64,000 nucleotides of DNA, taken from assembly GCF_009914755.1 (NCBI RefSeq), contig NC_060947.1; one strand, given 5' to 3'. The position numbers were made by a program, and so were the translations under genes. This document shows, one piece after another, positions 1 to 18,587 of the stretch. Position 1 is the first letter of the stretch; every line of letters begins with the position of its first letter. Source of the DNA: the human T2T-CHM13v2.0 reference genome, Homo sapiens. The notes below the pieces were generated by a model, which was not told where the DNA came from, ran no database searches, and saw nothing but the letters and a program-made list of their open reading frames with translations.

Positions 1-34
1 TAGGCTAAACTTGATTCAACAACAGTACCACGTT

Positions 35-798
35 TTGTTTAATTGTTTGTTTTGTTTTTGTTTACTTTTTAATAATAGCCATTCTGACTGGTGAGAGATG
101 TTATCTCATTGTGGTTTAGATTTGCATTTCTCAAATGGTTAGTGAGACTGAGCATTTTTCATGTTTGTGAGATGCTTGCATGTCTTCTTTTCAGAAGTGT
201 CTGCTCATGTTCTTTGTCCACTTCTTAATGGGTTTATTTGTTTTTTGCTTGTATATTTTAAAACAATTTCTTATAGACTCTGGATATTGGACCTTTGTTG
301 GACGTACCTTTGCAAATATTTTATTTCATTCTCTAGGCCATCTGTTTACTCTGCTGATAATCTTTTTTTTTTTTTTTTTTGCTATAAAGAAGCTTTTTGA
401 TTTTATTAGGTCCTACATGTCAAGTTTGTTTTTGTCACAATTGCTGTTGGTATCTTTGTCATGAAATCTGTCTTAAGGCCGATATCCAAAATAGTGTTTT
501 CCAGGTTTTCTTCTAGGAATCTTATAACTCTAAAACTGAAATCTTTAATCTATCTTGAGTTATTTTTTGCATACGGTGAAAGGTATGGGCCCATTTTCAT
601 TCTTTTGCATATGACTAGCCAGCTACCCCAGAACCATATATTGAATAGAGAGCCCTTTCCTCATTTTTTTTTTTTGTTGACTTTGTCAAAGATCAGATGG
701 CTGTAGGTGTGTGGCTTTATTTCTGGGTTGTCTGTTCTGTTCCATTGGTCTATGTGTCTGTTTTTGTACCAGTATCATGTTTTGTTTAAAGTAGTCTT
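35..798 (-). mobile_element. Old L1 (L1PA16/L1PB-like) ORF2 3' region, host element fragment 1
   Basis: Antisense L1 ORF2 motifs (atagccattctgactggtg, tttgtcaaagatcagatgg); the sequence resumes colinearly at 6959 after the nested L1PA. Confidence 0.85.
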
Positions 799-1024
799 TT
801 TTTTGGCTTTTATTACTATTATTATACTTTAAGTTCTAGGGTACATGTGCACAATATGCAGGTTTGTTACATATGTATACATGTGCCATGTTGGTTTGCT
901 GCACACATTAACTCATCATTTACATTAGGTATTTCTCCTAATGCTATCCCTCCCCCATCCCTCCACCCCATGACAGGCCCCAGTGTGTGATGTTCCCAGC
1001 CCTGTGTCCAAGTGTTCTCATTGT

Positions 1025-4846
<3,822 letters not shown>

Positions 4847-4909
4847 TATGATGTTAGCTGGCTATTTTGCTCGTTAGTTGATGCAGTTTCTTCCCAGCAT
4901 TGATTGTCT

Positions 4910-5927
4910 TTAAATTTTGGCATGTTTTTGCAGTGGCTGGTACTGGTTGTTCCTTTCCATGTTTAGTGCTTCCTTCGGGAGCTCTTGTAGGGCAGGTGTG
5001 GTGGTGAAATAATCTCTCAGCATTTGCTTGTCTGTGAAGTATTTTATTTCTCCTTCACTTATGAAGCTTAGTTTGGCTGGATATGAAATTCTGCATTGAA
5101 AATTCTTTTGTTTAATAATGTTGAATATTGGCCCCCACTCTCTTCTGGCTTGTATGGTTTCTGCTGAGAGATCCACTGTTTGTCTAATAGCCTTCCCTTT
5201 GGGGGTAACCAACCTTTCTCTCTGGCTGCCCTTAACATTTTTTCCTTCTTTGCTACCTTGGTGAATCTGACAATTATGTGTCTTGGAGTTGCTCTTCTCG
5301 AGGAGTATCTTTGTAGTGTTCTCTGTATTTCCTGAATTTGACCTGCCTTGCTAGGTTGGGGAAGTTCTCCTGGATAATATCCTGCTGTGATTTCCAGCTT
5401 TGTTCCATTCTCCCCTTCACTTTCAGGTACACCAATCAGATGTAGATTTGGTCTTTTCACATAGTCCCATATTTCTTGGAGGCTTTGTTCATTTCTTTTT
5501 ACTCTTTTTTTTCTCTAAACTTCTCTTCTTGCTTCGTTTCAGTAATTTGATCTTCAATCACTGATACCCTTTCTTCCACTTGATCGAGTTGGCTACTGAA
5601 GCTTGTGCATGTGTCACATAGTTCTCATGCCATGGTTTTCAGCTCCATCAGGTCATTTAAGGTCTTCTCTACACTGTTTATTCTAGTTAGCCATTCATCT
5701 AATCTTTGTTCAAGGTTTTTAGCTTCCTTGCGATGGGTTTGAACTTCTTTCTTTATCTTGGAGAAGTTTGTTATTACCGACTGTCTGAAGCCTACTTCTG
5801 TCACCTCATCAAATTCTTTCTCCATCCTGTTTTGTTCCATTGCTGGTGAGGAGCTGTGATCCTTTGGAGGAGAAGTGGCACTCTGGTTTTTAGAATTTTC
5901 AACTTTTCTGCTCTGGTTTCTCCCCAT
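4910..5927 (-). pseudogene. L1 ORF1p remnant (coiled coil/RRM/CTD), frameshifted
   Basis: MGRNQSRKVENSKNQSA starting at ATG 5927; RPNLHLIGVPE; ARREWGPIFNI; YPAKLSF; split over three frames. Confidence 0.93.
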
Positions 5928-6958
5928 CTTTGTGGTTTTATCTTCCTTTGGTCTTTGATGATGGTGACCTACAGTTGTCGGTTTTAGTGTGGATGTCCTT
6001 TTTGTTGATGTTGATGCTATTCCTTTCTGATTATTAGTTTTCCTTCTAACAGTCAGGTCCCTCAGCTGCAGGTCTGTTGGAGTTTTCTGGAGGTCCACTC
6101 CAGGTTCTGTTTGCCTCGGTATCAACAACAGAGGCTGCAGAACAGCAAATTTTGTGGAACAGCAAATATTGCTGCCTGATCCTGCCTCTGGAAGCTTCGT
6201 CTCAGAGGGGCACCCAGCTGTATGAGGTGTCAGTCGGCCCCTACTGGGAGGTGTCTCCAAGTTAGGCTACATGGGGTCAGGGACCCACTTGAGGAGGCAG
6301 TCTGTCCATTCTCAGAGCTCAAACACCATGCTGGGAGAACCACTGCTCTCCTCACAGCTGCCAGACAGGGACGTTTAAGTCTGCAGAAGTTTCTGCTACC
6401 TTTTATTCAGCTATGCCCTGCCCCCAGAGGTGGAGTCTGCAGAGGCAGGTGGGCCTCCTTGAGCTGTGGTGGGCTCCACACATTTCAATCTTGCCAGCTG
6501 CTTTGCTTAACTACTCAAGCCTCAGCAATGGGGGACACCCCTCCCCCAGCCAGGCTTGCCACCTTGCAGTTCCATCTCAGACTAGCAGTGAGCAAGGCTC
6601 CGTGGGTGTGGGACTCGCTGAGCCAGGCACGGGATATAATCTCCTGGTGTGCCATTTGCTAAGACCGTTGGAAAAGCACAGTGTTTAGGTGGCAGTGTCC
6701 TGATTTTCCTGGTACAGTCTGTCATGGCTTCCCTTGGCTAGGAAAGGGAAATCCCCTTACCCCTTGCACTTCCCGGGTGAGGTGATGCCCTGACCTGTTT
6801 CGGCTTGCCCTCAGTGGGCTCCTTCCACTTTCTGACCAGTCCCAATGAGATGAACTATGTACCTCATTTGTAAATGCAGAAATCACCCATCTTCTGTGTC
6901 GATCAGTCTGAGAGCTGTAGACTTGAGCTGTTCATTTTGGCCATCTTGGAATGGATCA
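5928..6958 (-). promoter_or_regulatory. L1PA 5'UTR internal promoter with YY1 site (CAAGATGGCC, 6939-6948 on minus strand)
   Basis: ggccatcttg at 6939-6948 near the element 5' end; GC-rich L1PA 5'UTR; most CpGs decayed. Confidence 0.8.
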
Positions 6959-7717
6959 TTAATGTAGTCTTATAGCATAGTTTCAAGTCAGGTAATGGGA
7001 TGTCTCCAGCTTTATTCTTTCTGCTTAGGATTGCTTTGGATGTTTGTGCTACTTTCTGGTTCCATATAAATTTTGGAAATTTTTTCTAGTTCTGTGAAAA
7101 ATGACATTTATAGCTTGATAGAAATAGCATTAAATCTGTAGATTTCTTTGGGTGGTATGGCCACTTTAACAATATGGATTCTTCCAATCCATGAGCATAA
7201 AGTTGTTTTGCATTTGTTTGTGTTTCCTATGATTTCTTTCAGTAGCATTTTGTAGTTCTTCTTATAGAGATCTTTCAACTCTTTGGTTAGATAGTCTTAG
7301 GTAATTTATTTTACTTTATTGGTGGCAATTGTAAATGGGATTATGTTCTTGATTTGGCTCTCAGTTTGAACTTTATTGCTGTATATACATACAACTGATG
7401 GTTATATATTGATTTTGTATTCTGAAACTTTACAGAAGTCATTTGTCAGTTCCAGGGGGCATTTGTAGTAGTCATTATGGTTTTCTAGGTATAGAATCAT
7501 AAGATCCACTAAGAAACATAGTTTGACTTCTTTTTCAATTTTGGTGTATTTTATTTCTTTCCCTTGCCTGATTGCTTTGGCTTGCATTTCTAGTATTATG
7601 TTTAATAGGAGTGGTAAGTGTGGGCATCTTCTTATTTTTCCAGTTTTCAAGGAGAATGCTTCCAGTTTTTGTCCATTCAGTATGAAGGTGGCTGTGGGTT
7701 TTTCATAGATGGCTCTT
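6959..7717 (-). mobile_element. Old host L1 ORF2 fragment 2
   Basis: Degenerate RT translation 7402-7650 ([22 protein letters not shown]); colinear with fragments 1 and 3. Confidence 0.85.
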
Positions 7718-10700
7718 TTTTGTTATAAGTTTTATTTTAGGTTCAGGGGTACATGTGCAGGTTTGTTTTATAGGTAAACTGCATGTCATGGTGGTTTAGT
7801 GTACAGTTTATTTAATCACAAAGGGAATAAGCATAGTATCCAATAGGTAGTTTTTTTCTGATCCTCTCTTTTCTCCAACTCTCCACCCTCAAATAGAACT
7901 TGGTGTCTGTTGTTCCCCTTTTTGTGTTCATGTGTTTAATTGTTTAGCTCCCATTTATAAGTGGGAACATGCAGTATGAAATTTTCTTTTCCTGCATTAG
8001 TTTGCTTAAGGTAATGACTTCCAGCTCCATCCATGTTGCTGCAAAGGACATGATCTCATTCCATGTAGTATTCCATGGTGTATAAGTACCAAATTTTCTT
8101 TATTCAGTCTATCATTGATGGGCATTTACGTTGATTCCATATCTTTGCTATTGTAAACAGTGCTGCAAAGAACATATGCCTGCATGTGTTTTTAGATCAA
8201 TTTATATTCTTTTGGGCATATATTGAATAATGATATTGCTGGGTCAAATGATAATTCTGTTTCAAGCTGTTTGAGAAACTGCCACTCTGCTTTCCACAAC
8301 ACCTGGACTAATTTACATTTCACACAGCAGTTTTTTTTTTTTCTCTGCAACCTCACCAGCTTCTGTTATCTTTTGACATTTTCACAATAGTCATTCTGAC
8401 TGGTGTGAGATGATATCCGATGGTGGCTTTGATTTACATTTCTCTAATGATTAGTGATGTTGACCATTTTTCATATGCTTATTGGCCATATTTTTGTCTT
8501 CTTTTGAATAGTGCCTGTTCATGTCCTTTGCCCACTTTTTAATTTTTTTGTTTTCCTTGTTGATTTAAATTTCTTATAGACTCTGGATATGAGACCTTTG
8601 TCAGATGTATAGTTTGCAAGTATTTTCTACCAATTTGTAGGTTTTCTGTTTACCCTGTTAATAGTTTATTTTGCTATGTAGAAGCACTTTAATTAGGTCT
8701 CACTTATAAATTTTTGTTTTTATTGCAAATTTTTTGGTGTATTCGTAGTGAAATCTTTGCCAGGTCATATTTCTAGAATATTTCCTAGGTTATCTTTCAG
8801 TGCATTATAGTTTTAGGCTTTACATTTAAACCTTTAATCAATCTTGAGTTGATTTTTGCATGTGGTGTAAGGAAGGGTTTCACTTTCAGTCTTCTGCATA
8901 TGGCCAGCTAGTTATGCCAGCACCTTTAGAAAGAGAGAGTCATTTCTTCATTGCTTGTTTTTGTCAGATTTGTCAAAGATCAGATGGTTGTAGATGTGTG
9001 GTATTATTTCTGGGCTCTCTATTTTGTTCCATTGGTCTATGAGTTTGTTTTTGTACCAGTACCACACTGTTTTGGTTACTGTAGCCTTACAATATAGTTT
9101 AAAATTATGTAACATGATGTCTTCAGCTTTGTTCTTATTTCTTAGGATTGCTTGGTTATTCAAGCTCTCTTTTGTTTCCATACGAATTTTAATATAGTTT
9201 TTCTAATTCTGCAAATAATGTCATTGGTAGTTTGGTAGGAATAGCATTGAATCTGTAGATTGTTTTGGGTAATATTACTATTTTAACAGTATTGATTATT
9301 TCTATCCATGAGCATGGAATTTTTGTTTGTTTGTTTGTATCACTGATTTCTTTGTGCAGTGTTTTGTAATTCTCATTGTGCAGATCTTTTGCCTCTTTAG
9401 TTAGCTGTATTCCTAGGTATTATATTCCTTTTGTGGTTATGTAAATAGGATTGCATTCCTGATTTGGCTTTCAGCTTGGCTGTTGGTGTATGGGAATTCT
9501 ACTGATTTTTGTACATTGATTTTTGTATCCTGAAACTTTGCTAAAGTTGTTTATCATACAAAGGAGCATTTGGAATGAGACTATGGGGCCTTATAGACAT
9601 AGAATCATGTGTAGAAACATGGATATTTTGACTTCCTCTTTTTCTCTTTGTGTGGCATTTATTTATTTATATTGCTTGATTGCTCTTGGCAGGACTGTCA
9701 GTGCTATGTTGACTAGGAGTAATGTTAAAGGGCATCCCTGTCTTGTTCTAGTTTTCAAGGGAAATGCTTTCAGCTTTTGCCCATTCAGCAAGATGTTGTC
9801 TCTGGGTTTGCCATAGATGGCACTTATTATTTTGAAGTATGTTCCTTCTATGCCTAGTTTACTGAGGGCTTTTAACATGAAGTGATGTTAAATTTTATTT
9901 AAAACATTTTCTGCATTTATTGAGATGGTTATGAGGGTTTTGTGTTTAGTTTGGTTTATGTGATAAACCCCATTTATTGATTTATGTATGTTGAACCAAT
10001 CTTGTATCCTGGGGATGAAGCCAACATGATTGTGGTGGATAAGGTTTTTGGGTGCTGCTGGATTCAGTTTGCCAGTATTTTATTGCGAACTTTTGCACTG
10101 AGGTTCATCAAGGATATTATCCTGAAGTTTTCTTTCTTTGTTGTGTCTCTGACAGGTTTTGGTATCAGAATGATTTTGGTCTCAGTAGAATGGGTTACAG
10201 AGGAGTACTTTCTTCTCAAATTTTGAAATAATTTCAGTAGAAATAGTACCATCTCTTCTTTATACATATGGTAGAATTTAGCTGTGAATCTGAATTGTCT
10301 TGGGCTTTTTCTTGTTGGTAGGTGTTTTATTATCATTTCAATCGTGGAACTCATTATTAGTCTGTTTGGAGACTTAACTTCCTCCTGGGTCAGTCTTAGA
10401 AAGCGTTTGTTTCCAGGAATTTATCAATTTCTTCCAGATTTTCTAGCTTGTGTGCATAGATGTTTTCACAGACATTCATGTCCATTGGTAATGTCCTCTT
10501 TGTCATTTTGAATTGTGTTCATTTGGATCTTCTCTCTTTTTTATTAGTCTAGCTAGAGGAGAGGTCTATGTTATTTATTTTATCAAAATACCAACTCTTG
10601 GATTTGTTGATATTCTGAATAGATTTTCATGTCTCAATTTCTTTAAATTCAGCTCTGATTTTGATTTATCTCCTTCTTTTAGATTTGGTTTGTTCTTATT

Positions 10701-11042
10701 TCTCTAGTTGTGATGTTAGCTTGTTAATTTGAAATCTGTCTAATTTTTTGATATGGATATTTAGTGCTATAAACTTCCCTCTTAACACTACTTTAGCTGT
10801 GTCCCGGAGAGTCTCATATTTTGTATATTTGTTGTCACTAATTTCAGAGAACTTCTTGATTTTTTCCTTAATGTTATTATTTACCCCAAAGTCTTTCAGG
10901 ATAATGTTGTTTAATCTCTATGTTATTGTATGATTTTGAGCAATTTTATTAGCATTGATTTCTATTTTTATTGCACTGTGGTTTAAGAGTGTGGCTGGTA
11001 TATTTTTATTTTATTTTCTGAGTATTATTTTACGTCTGATTG

Positions 11043-13023
11043 TGTATTAGTCTGTTCTCACACTGCTATGAAGAAATACCAGAGACTGGGTAATTTATAA
11101 AGAAAAGAGGTTTAATTGACTTACAGTTCCACATGGCTGGGCAGACCTCAGGAAATGTACAATCATGGCATAAGGCACATCTTCACAGGGTGGCAGGAGA
11201 GAGAATGAGTGACCAGTGAAGGGGAAAGCCCCTTATAAAACTATCAGATCTCATGAGAACTGACTTGCTATCAGGATAATAGGATAGGGGAAACTGCCCC
11301 TGTGATTCATTTATCTCCATCTGGTCTCTCCCACAACACATGGGGATTATGGGAACTAAAATTCAAGATGAAATTTGGGTAAGGACACAGCCAAACCATA
11401 TGATTCCACCTTTGGCTCCTCTCAAATCTTATGGCCTCACAATTCAAAACACAATCCTACCATGTTTATAGTCCCCTAAAGTCTTAACTCATTCCAGCAT
11501 TAACTTAAAAGTCCAAATCCAAAGTTTCATCTGAGACAAGGCAAATCTCTTATGAGCATGTAAAATCAAAAGCAACTTAATTACTTCCTAGATACAGTGG
11601 GACATTCTGTAAATACAACCATTCCGAGTGGGAGAAATTGGCCAAAACAAAGGGGCTACAGGCTCCATGGAAGTCCAAAATCTCATAGGGTAGTCAATAA
11701 GCCTTAAGGTTCCAATATGATCTCCTTTGACTCCATGTCTCACATCCAGGTCATGCTAATGCAAGAGGTGGGCTCCCATGGCCTTGGACGGCTCCACAAC
11801 TGTGGCTTTTGCAGGATTCAGCCCCCCTTCTGTCTGTTTTCATGGGCTGGCATTGAGTATCTGTGGCTTTTCCAGGTGTATGGTTCAAGCTGCTGTGGAT
11901 CTACCATTCTGGGGTCTGGAGGATGGCGGCTCTCTTCTCACAGCTCCACTAGGCAGTGGCCAAGTGGGGACTCTGTGTACAGGCTCTGACACCACATTAT
12001 TTTTTCCACATTGCCCTAGCAGACATTTTCCATGAGGGCTCTGCCCCTGCAGTAATCTTCTGCCTGGACATCCAAGCATTGCCATACATCCTCTGAAATC
12101 TAGGCAGAGGATGTCCCCCTTTAGTCACAGTTGTCCCCCTTTAGTCACAGTTGGGACACAGGGTGGCAAGTCTGGAGGCTGCACAGAGCAGCAGGGTGGG
12201 GGGCTGGACCTGGCCCGTGAAATCATTTTTCCCTCTTAGGCCTCTGGGCTTGTGATGGGAGGGGCTTCCCTGAAGGTCCCTGACATACCCTGAAGACACT
12301 TCCCCCATTGTCTTTGTGAATAACATTCAGCTCCTCATTACTTAGGTAAATTTCTGCAGCAGGCTTGATTTTCTCCCTAGAATTTTGTTTTTTAGAAATA
12401 TTTCCCTCTAGATACCCTAAATAACCTCTCAGGTTCATTGCCCCACCTATCTCTGGGGCAGGGGCAAAATGCCACCAGTCCCTTTGCATAACAAGAGGGA
12501 CCTTTACTCCAGATTCCAACAGGTTCCCTATCTCCATCTGAGACCACCTCAACCTGGACTCCTTTGCACAGGTCATTATCAGTATTTTGGCCAAAGCCAC
12601 ACAACAGTTCTCTAAGAAGTTCCAAACTTTCCCAAATCTTCCTATCTTCTTCCGTGCCCTCCAAAACGCTCAAATCTCTGCCTGTTACCCAGTTCCAAAG
12701 TTGCTTTCACATTTTTGGGTATTTTTATAGTAGCACCTTATTCTCTGTGGTACCAGTTTACTGTATTAGTTCATTCTAATGCTGCTATAAAGAAATACCC
12801 AAGACTGGGTAATTTACAAAGAAAGGAGGTTTAATTGAATCACAGGTTTAATTGAATCACAGTTCTGCACAGCTGTACAGGATACTTACAATCATGGCAG
12901 AAGGCACCTCGTCACAGGGTAACAGGTGAGAGAATTAGTGTCCAGCAAAGGTGGAAGCCCATTATAAAACTATCAGATCTTGTGAAGATGAGTTTTGGGT
13001 GGGGACACAGTCAAACTATATCA
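11043..13023 (-). mobile_element. MaLR (THE1/MST-type) provirus: LTR 11043-11403, internal 11404-12761, partly deleted LTR 12762-13023
   Basis: LTR termini tgtattagtc...accatatga/actatatca; THE1-int sequence; 5-bp TSD GATTG at 11038-11042 and 13024-13028. Confidence 0.92.
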
Positions 13024-14707
13024 GATTGTTTGCCCAATTTTAAAGTATGTTTCATGTGGTGATGAGAAGAATGTATATTCTGTTGTTTTGGGGTGGAGAG
13101 TTCTGTAGATGTATATTAGGTTCATTTGTTTAAATGTTGAGTTCAGGTTCTCAATTTCTTTGTTATTTTCCTGCCTTAATCATCTGCCTAATAATGTCAG
13201 TGGGGTGTTTAAGTCTCCAAATATTATTGTGTTTGAAGTGAAGTCTCTCCAAAGATCTCTAAGGACTTGCTTTATGAATCTTGGTGCTCCTATGTTGGAT
13301 ACATATATATTTATGATAGCTAAGTATTTTTGTTGAATTGAACCCTTTACCATTATGTAAGGTCCTTCCTTTTTTTTTTATCTTGTTGGTTTAAAGTCTG
13401 TTTTGTCTGAAATTAGGATGCCAACTCCTGCTTTTGCCTGTTTTCCATTTGTTTGGTGGTTTTTCTCCATGCCTTTATTTTGAGCCTATTTGTGTCATTG
13501 AACGTGAGATGGTTCTCTTGAAGACTGCATACCACTGGATCTTGCTCCTTCATCCAGCTTGCCATTCTGTGCTTTTTTTTGGGGTCCTTTAGCCCATTTA
13601 CATTCAAAGTTTGTATTGATGTATGTAGGTTTGATTCTGTCAACATGCTGCTAGCTGGTTATTATGCAGACTTGTTTGTGTGGTTGCTTTATAGAGTCAC
13701 TCCTCCATGTACTTAAGTGTGCTTTGTAGTGGCTGGTAACGACATTTCTTTTCTATAGCTATCACTCCTTTTAGGACCTCTCCTAAGGCAGGTCTGGTGC
13801 TAACAAATTTCCTCCACATTTGCTTGTCTGAAAAGGATTTTATTTCTCCCTTACTTATGAAGCTTTGTTTGGCTGAATATAAAATTATTGATTTAAATTT
13901 TTTTAAAGAATGTTGAATATAAGTCTCCAAACTCTTCTTGCTTATAGAGTTTCTTATGAAAAGTCTGCTGTTAGCCTTTTGTAGGTGACCTGCCTCTTCT
14001 TTATAGCTGCCTTTAACATTTTTATTTAATATTGACAATGGATGATCTGATAACTATATGTCTTGGGGATGGTCTTCTTGTGTAATATCTCACAGGGATT
14101 TTCTGTATTTCCTAAATTTGAATGCTGGCCTCTCTAGCCAGGTTGGGGAATTCTTAATGAATTATCCTGAAATATGTTTTTCGAGTTACTTCCTTTCACC
14201 ACATTTCTTTCAGGGAGACCAATTAGTTGTAGATTTGGTCTCTATACATAAGTCCATATTTCTCAGATGTTTTGTTCATGTGTTTTCTTTGTTTAACTGA
14301 TATGTTTTAGGGAATATGTCTCAGGGCTCTAGAGTCCTTCCTCAGTTTGGTATATTCTGATGTTAATAATTGTGATTACATTATAAAATTACCTTAGTGT
14401 GTTTTTCAGCTCTATCAAACGTGATTCCTTTCAAAATGACTATCATTTAATCTATCAGCTCCTGTATGGTTTTACGGCAATTCTTAGATTCCTTGGACCT
14501 GGTGTTGACTTTCTCATGAATCTTGATGATCTTCAATCCTATTCCTATTCTGAATTCTATTTCTGTCCTTTCAGCCTTGTTAAGAATTCTTGCTGGGGAT
14601 CCAGTGCAGTCATTTGGAGGAAAAAGGCCACTCTGGCATTTTGAGTAGCCAGAGTTCCTGTGCTGGTTCTTTCTCAACTCTGTGGGCTGGTGTTCAATAG
14701 AGTATAG

Positions 14708-16434
<1,727 letters not shown>

Positions 16435-16849
16435 GAAAAGTATTTTGGGTGTTGGAATTTTGTTCTGTAATTCAGTAGGTGGCACTTAAGCAAAATGACC
16501 AATAGTTAAGCTCTTGCTGAGTCATTTTCCTCCTCTGTATTTCCTCACAATTGCCCCTGTGCTCTGCCTCAGTGCTTGCTGCAGATCTTGGCTTGGCACT
16601 CTTGGGCTGCACATCGAATCTCTCAGGTGAGTGCTGGCTTTATGTTACCTCCCCAGCTTGGAGGCATTGAAGGAAGGGACCTCAGCTGTGGTTGGGGTAA
16701 AGGACCTTTCACTGATTTATTGGGGCTCCACCCCAGAGAGATGTAAAGCCACTATCAATCAGTGAGATAAGCCTGTGATGGGGCACCTGTGCTATGGGCC
16801 CAAATCATTGTGGGGCCTGCCTAATAATGAGCAGGGTTGTGGGTGAGTC

Positions 16850-17600
16850 ACAGGGGAGACATACTGGCCTCTTATCCTTAGAAAAATGGCAGCTTGATGG
16901 AGGTGTGGTTAAAGAACTCAAGGTCTTTGTTCCTTCTCCTGTCCAAGAGCATAAGGGATGTACCACTGCAGTGGCAGTGGGATAGAGGCTTTCAGCTGCC
17001 TCTGGGTGCTCCACCTCAGAGAAATGTGGAGCCACTGCTACTGGGAATGTTCAGCCAGGGGTTAAGGCAGCTGTACTACTAGACTGAGCTAAGGGCTCCA
17101 CTTGTTGAATAGCAGACCATCATGGGCTCTCAGGGAGGCTAGACTGAGCTCCTGTCTGTATGGTGATAGTCATGTGCTAGGAGTATGGCTGAAGCCCTCA
17201 GGCACTTTGTTTCTTCCTGACAGAGGGCAGCTGGGGTAGAACCACTGCTGTAGCAGTGGCAGAGGGGCTGTCAGTTGTTTCTTGGAGCCTCTTCCTAGGA
17301 AAACTCCAAGGCACTACCAGAGAGTAGTCTCAGCCATTGGTGGTGTTGCTAATCTGCAGTCCTGAGCCAGGGGCCCTCCCTGGTGAAGAGTGGGGAGTGG
17401 GGAATCACAGGGAAGAGGGCCAGGATTCCTCTCCATATGGCAGCTGTAGTGTGCTGGAGGTGCCAGTATAGCACTAAGTCCTAAGTTCCTTCCCCAGCAC
17501 AAGGGTGGTTAGGGAAGTACCACTGCAGCTGCAATGGCAGGGAGGTGGGTTATCGCTGGAATTTTCTACTCACAGAACTTCAGATTCACCTCCAATTGAA
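16850..17600. repeat. Three degenerate ~279-bp tandem units in the old L1 5'UTR
   Basis: Anchor ACCACTGC at 16962, 17241, 17519 (spacing 279/278) with similar flanks. Confidence 0.7.
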
Positions 17601-18587
17601 GTGTTCATGTGGGAGTAGGGTAGTTATGTTGGAGTCCCAGGTTGGAAGCGGGAGGGCCTGCCCAGTAAGAAGTGGGATTGGGGGCCCATGTGGAAAAAGG
17701 CCTGGCTGCTTTTTCCATAGGGTGGCTGCTCAGAGCTGCCACCGGCTTGGAGCCCCAGCAGATGGTAGCTGAAGTCTTGAGTTGGGAAGTCCTTCCCAGG
17801 GAGGAGAAGCCAGATGGGGGACCTGCATATAAACTGGCTGCTTTTCCATGGGGCGGCTGTATTGTACTGGGGAACCACACCCATTCCTAGTCACTTTGCA
17901 CCCTCCGGAGCCTGAAGGCAACAGTGATGAGCGCTGTGAGACAGCCAAAAAAGGAAGCTTGCTTCTCCCTGTGGGAGCTCTGTCCCAGGGAAGTGCAGAG
18001 GTGCTACCAGCCAGAGAGCCCCAGCAGTGGGGGGCTCAAGTCCTGGTTCAGGAAGTCCCACCTAGAGAGGAAAAGTGGGATCAGGGGCCCTGCTGCTCAG
18101 CCTTCTGGATTTGGTCCCTTTCCTGGGGGCATGTGAGGGAGCCTGACCTCCCCCATTGACAGAGCTGCAGCCAGTAATACTGGGATGCCCGAGGAGCCAA
18201 AGTTCCTGAGACCCCATGTGTTCCTCAGTGGTGGCTCTGCCCAAAATCCCCGCAGCTCTGTGTGACAATGTGAAGGCCCAGGTGGGATGGTCTCATGAAG
18301 GAATCTCCTGAGCCCAGGGTTGAAAGGTCTGCAGAAAAAGTATGGTTCCCCTGGGACTCTCACTCATTCACTCACCATTTCTCCACAATGGGAAAGCCTT
18401 GCCTGGCTCTGTGCCACTCCCTGGTGGGTGGTCCTCCTGTCTCACTCCTCTCCATTCTCTGTGGCTCAAGCTCTTTCCATGATAAATCTCAATTTGTCCA
18501 CCTGGATGTTTCTGTTGAAGTTCTGGTATTTACTCACTACTTTTTCTTCTATCCATGAGAGTGGTGTGCAGTAGTTGCTTCTAGTCC

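Noticed and set aside
5625-6260. 211-aa ORF looking like an N-terminally extended ORF1p
   Set aside because: Read-through of ordinary L1PA 5'UTR into ORF1, which then terminates early; no evidence of a novel protein.
16794-18574. Dense cluster of overlapping short ORFs on both strands
   Set aside because: GC-rich L1 5'UTR with few stop codons; no recognisable protein motifs.
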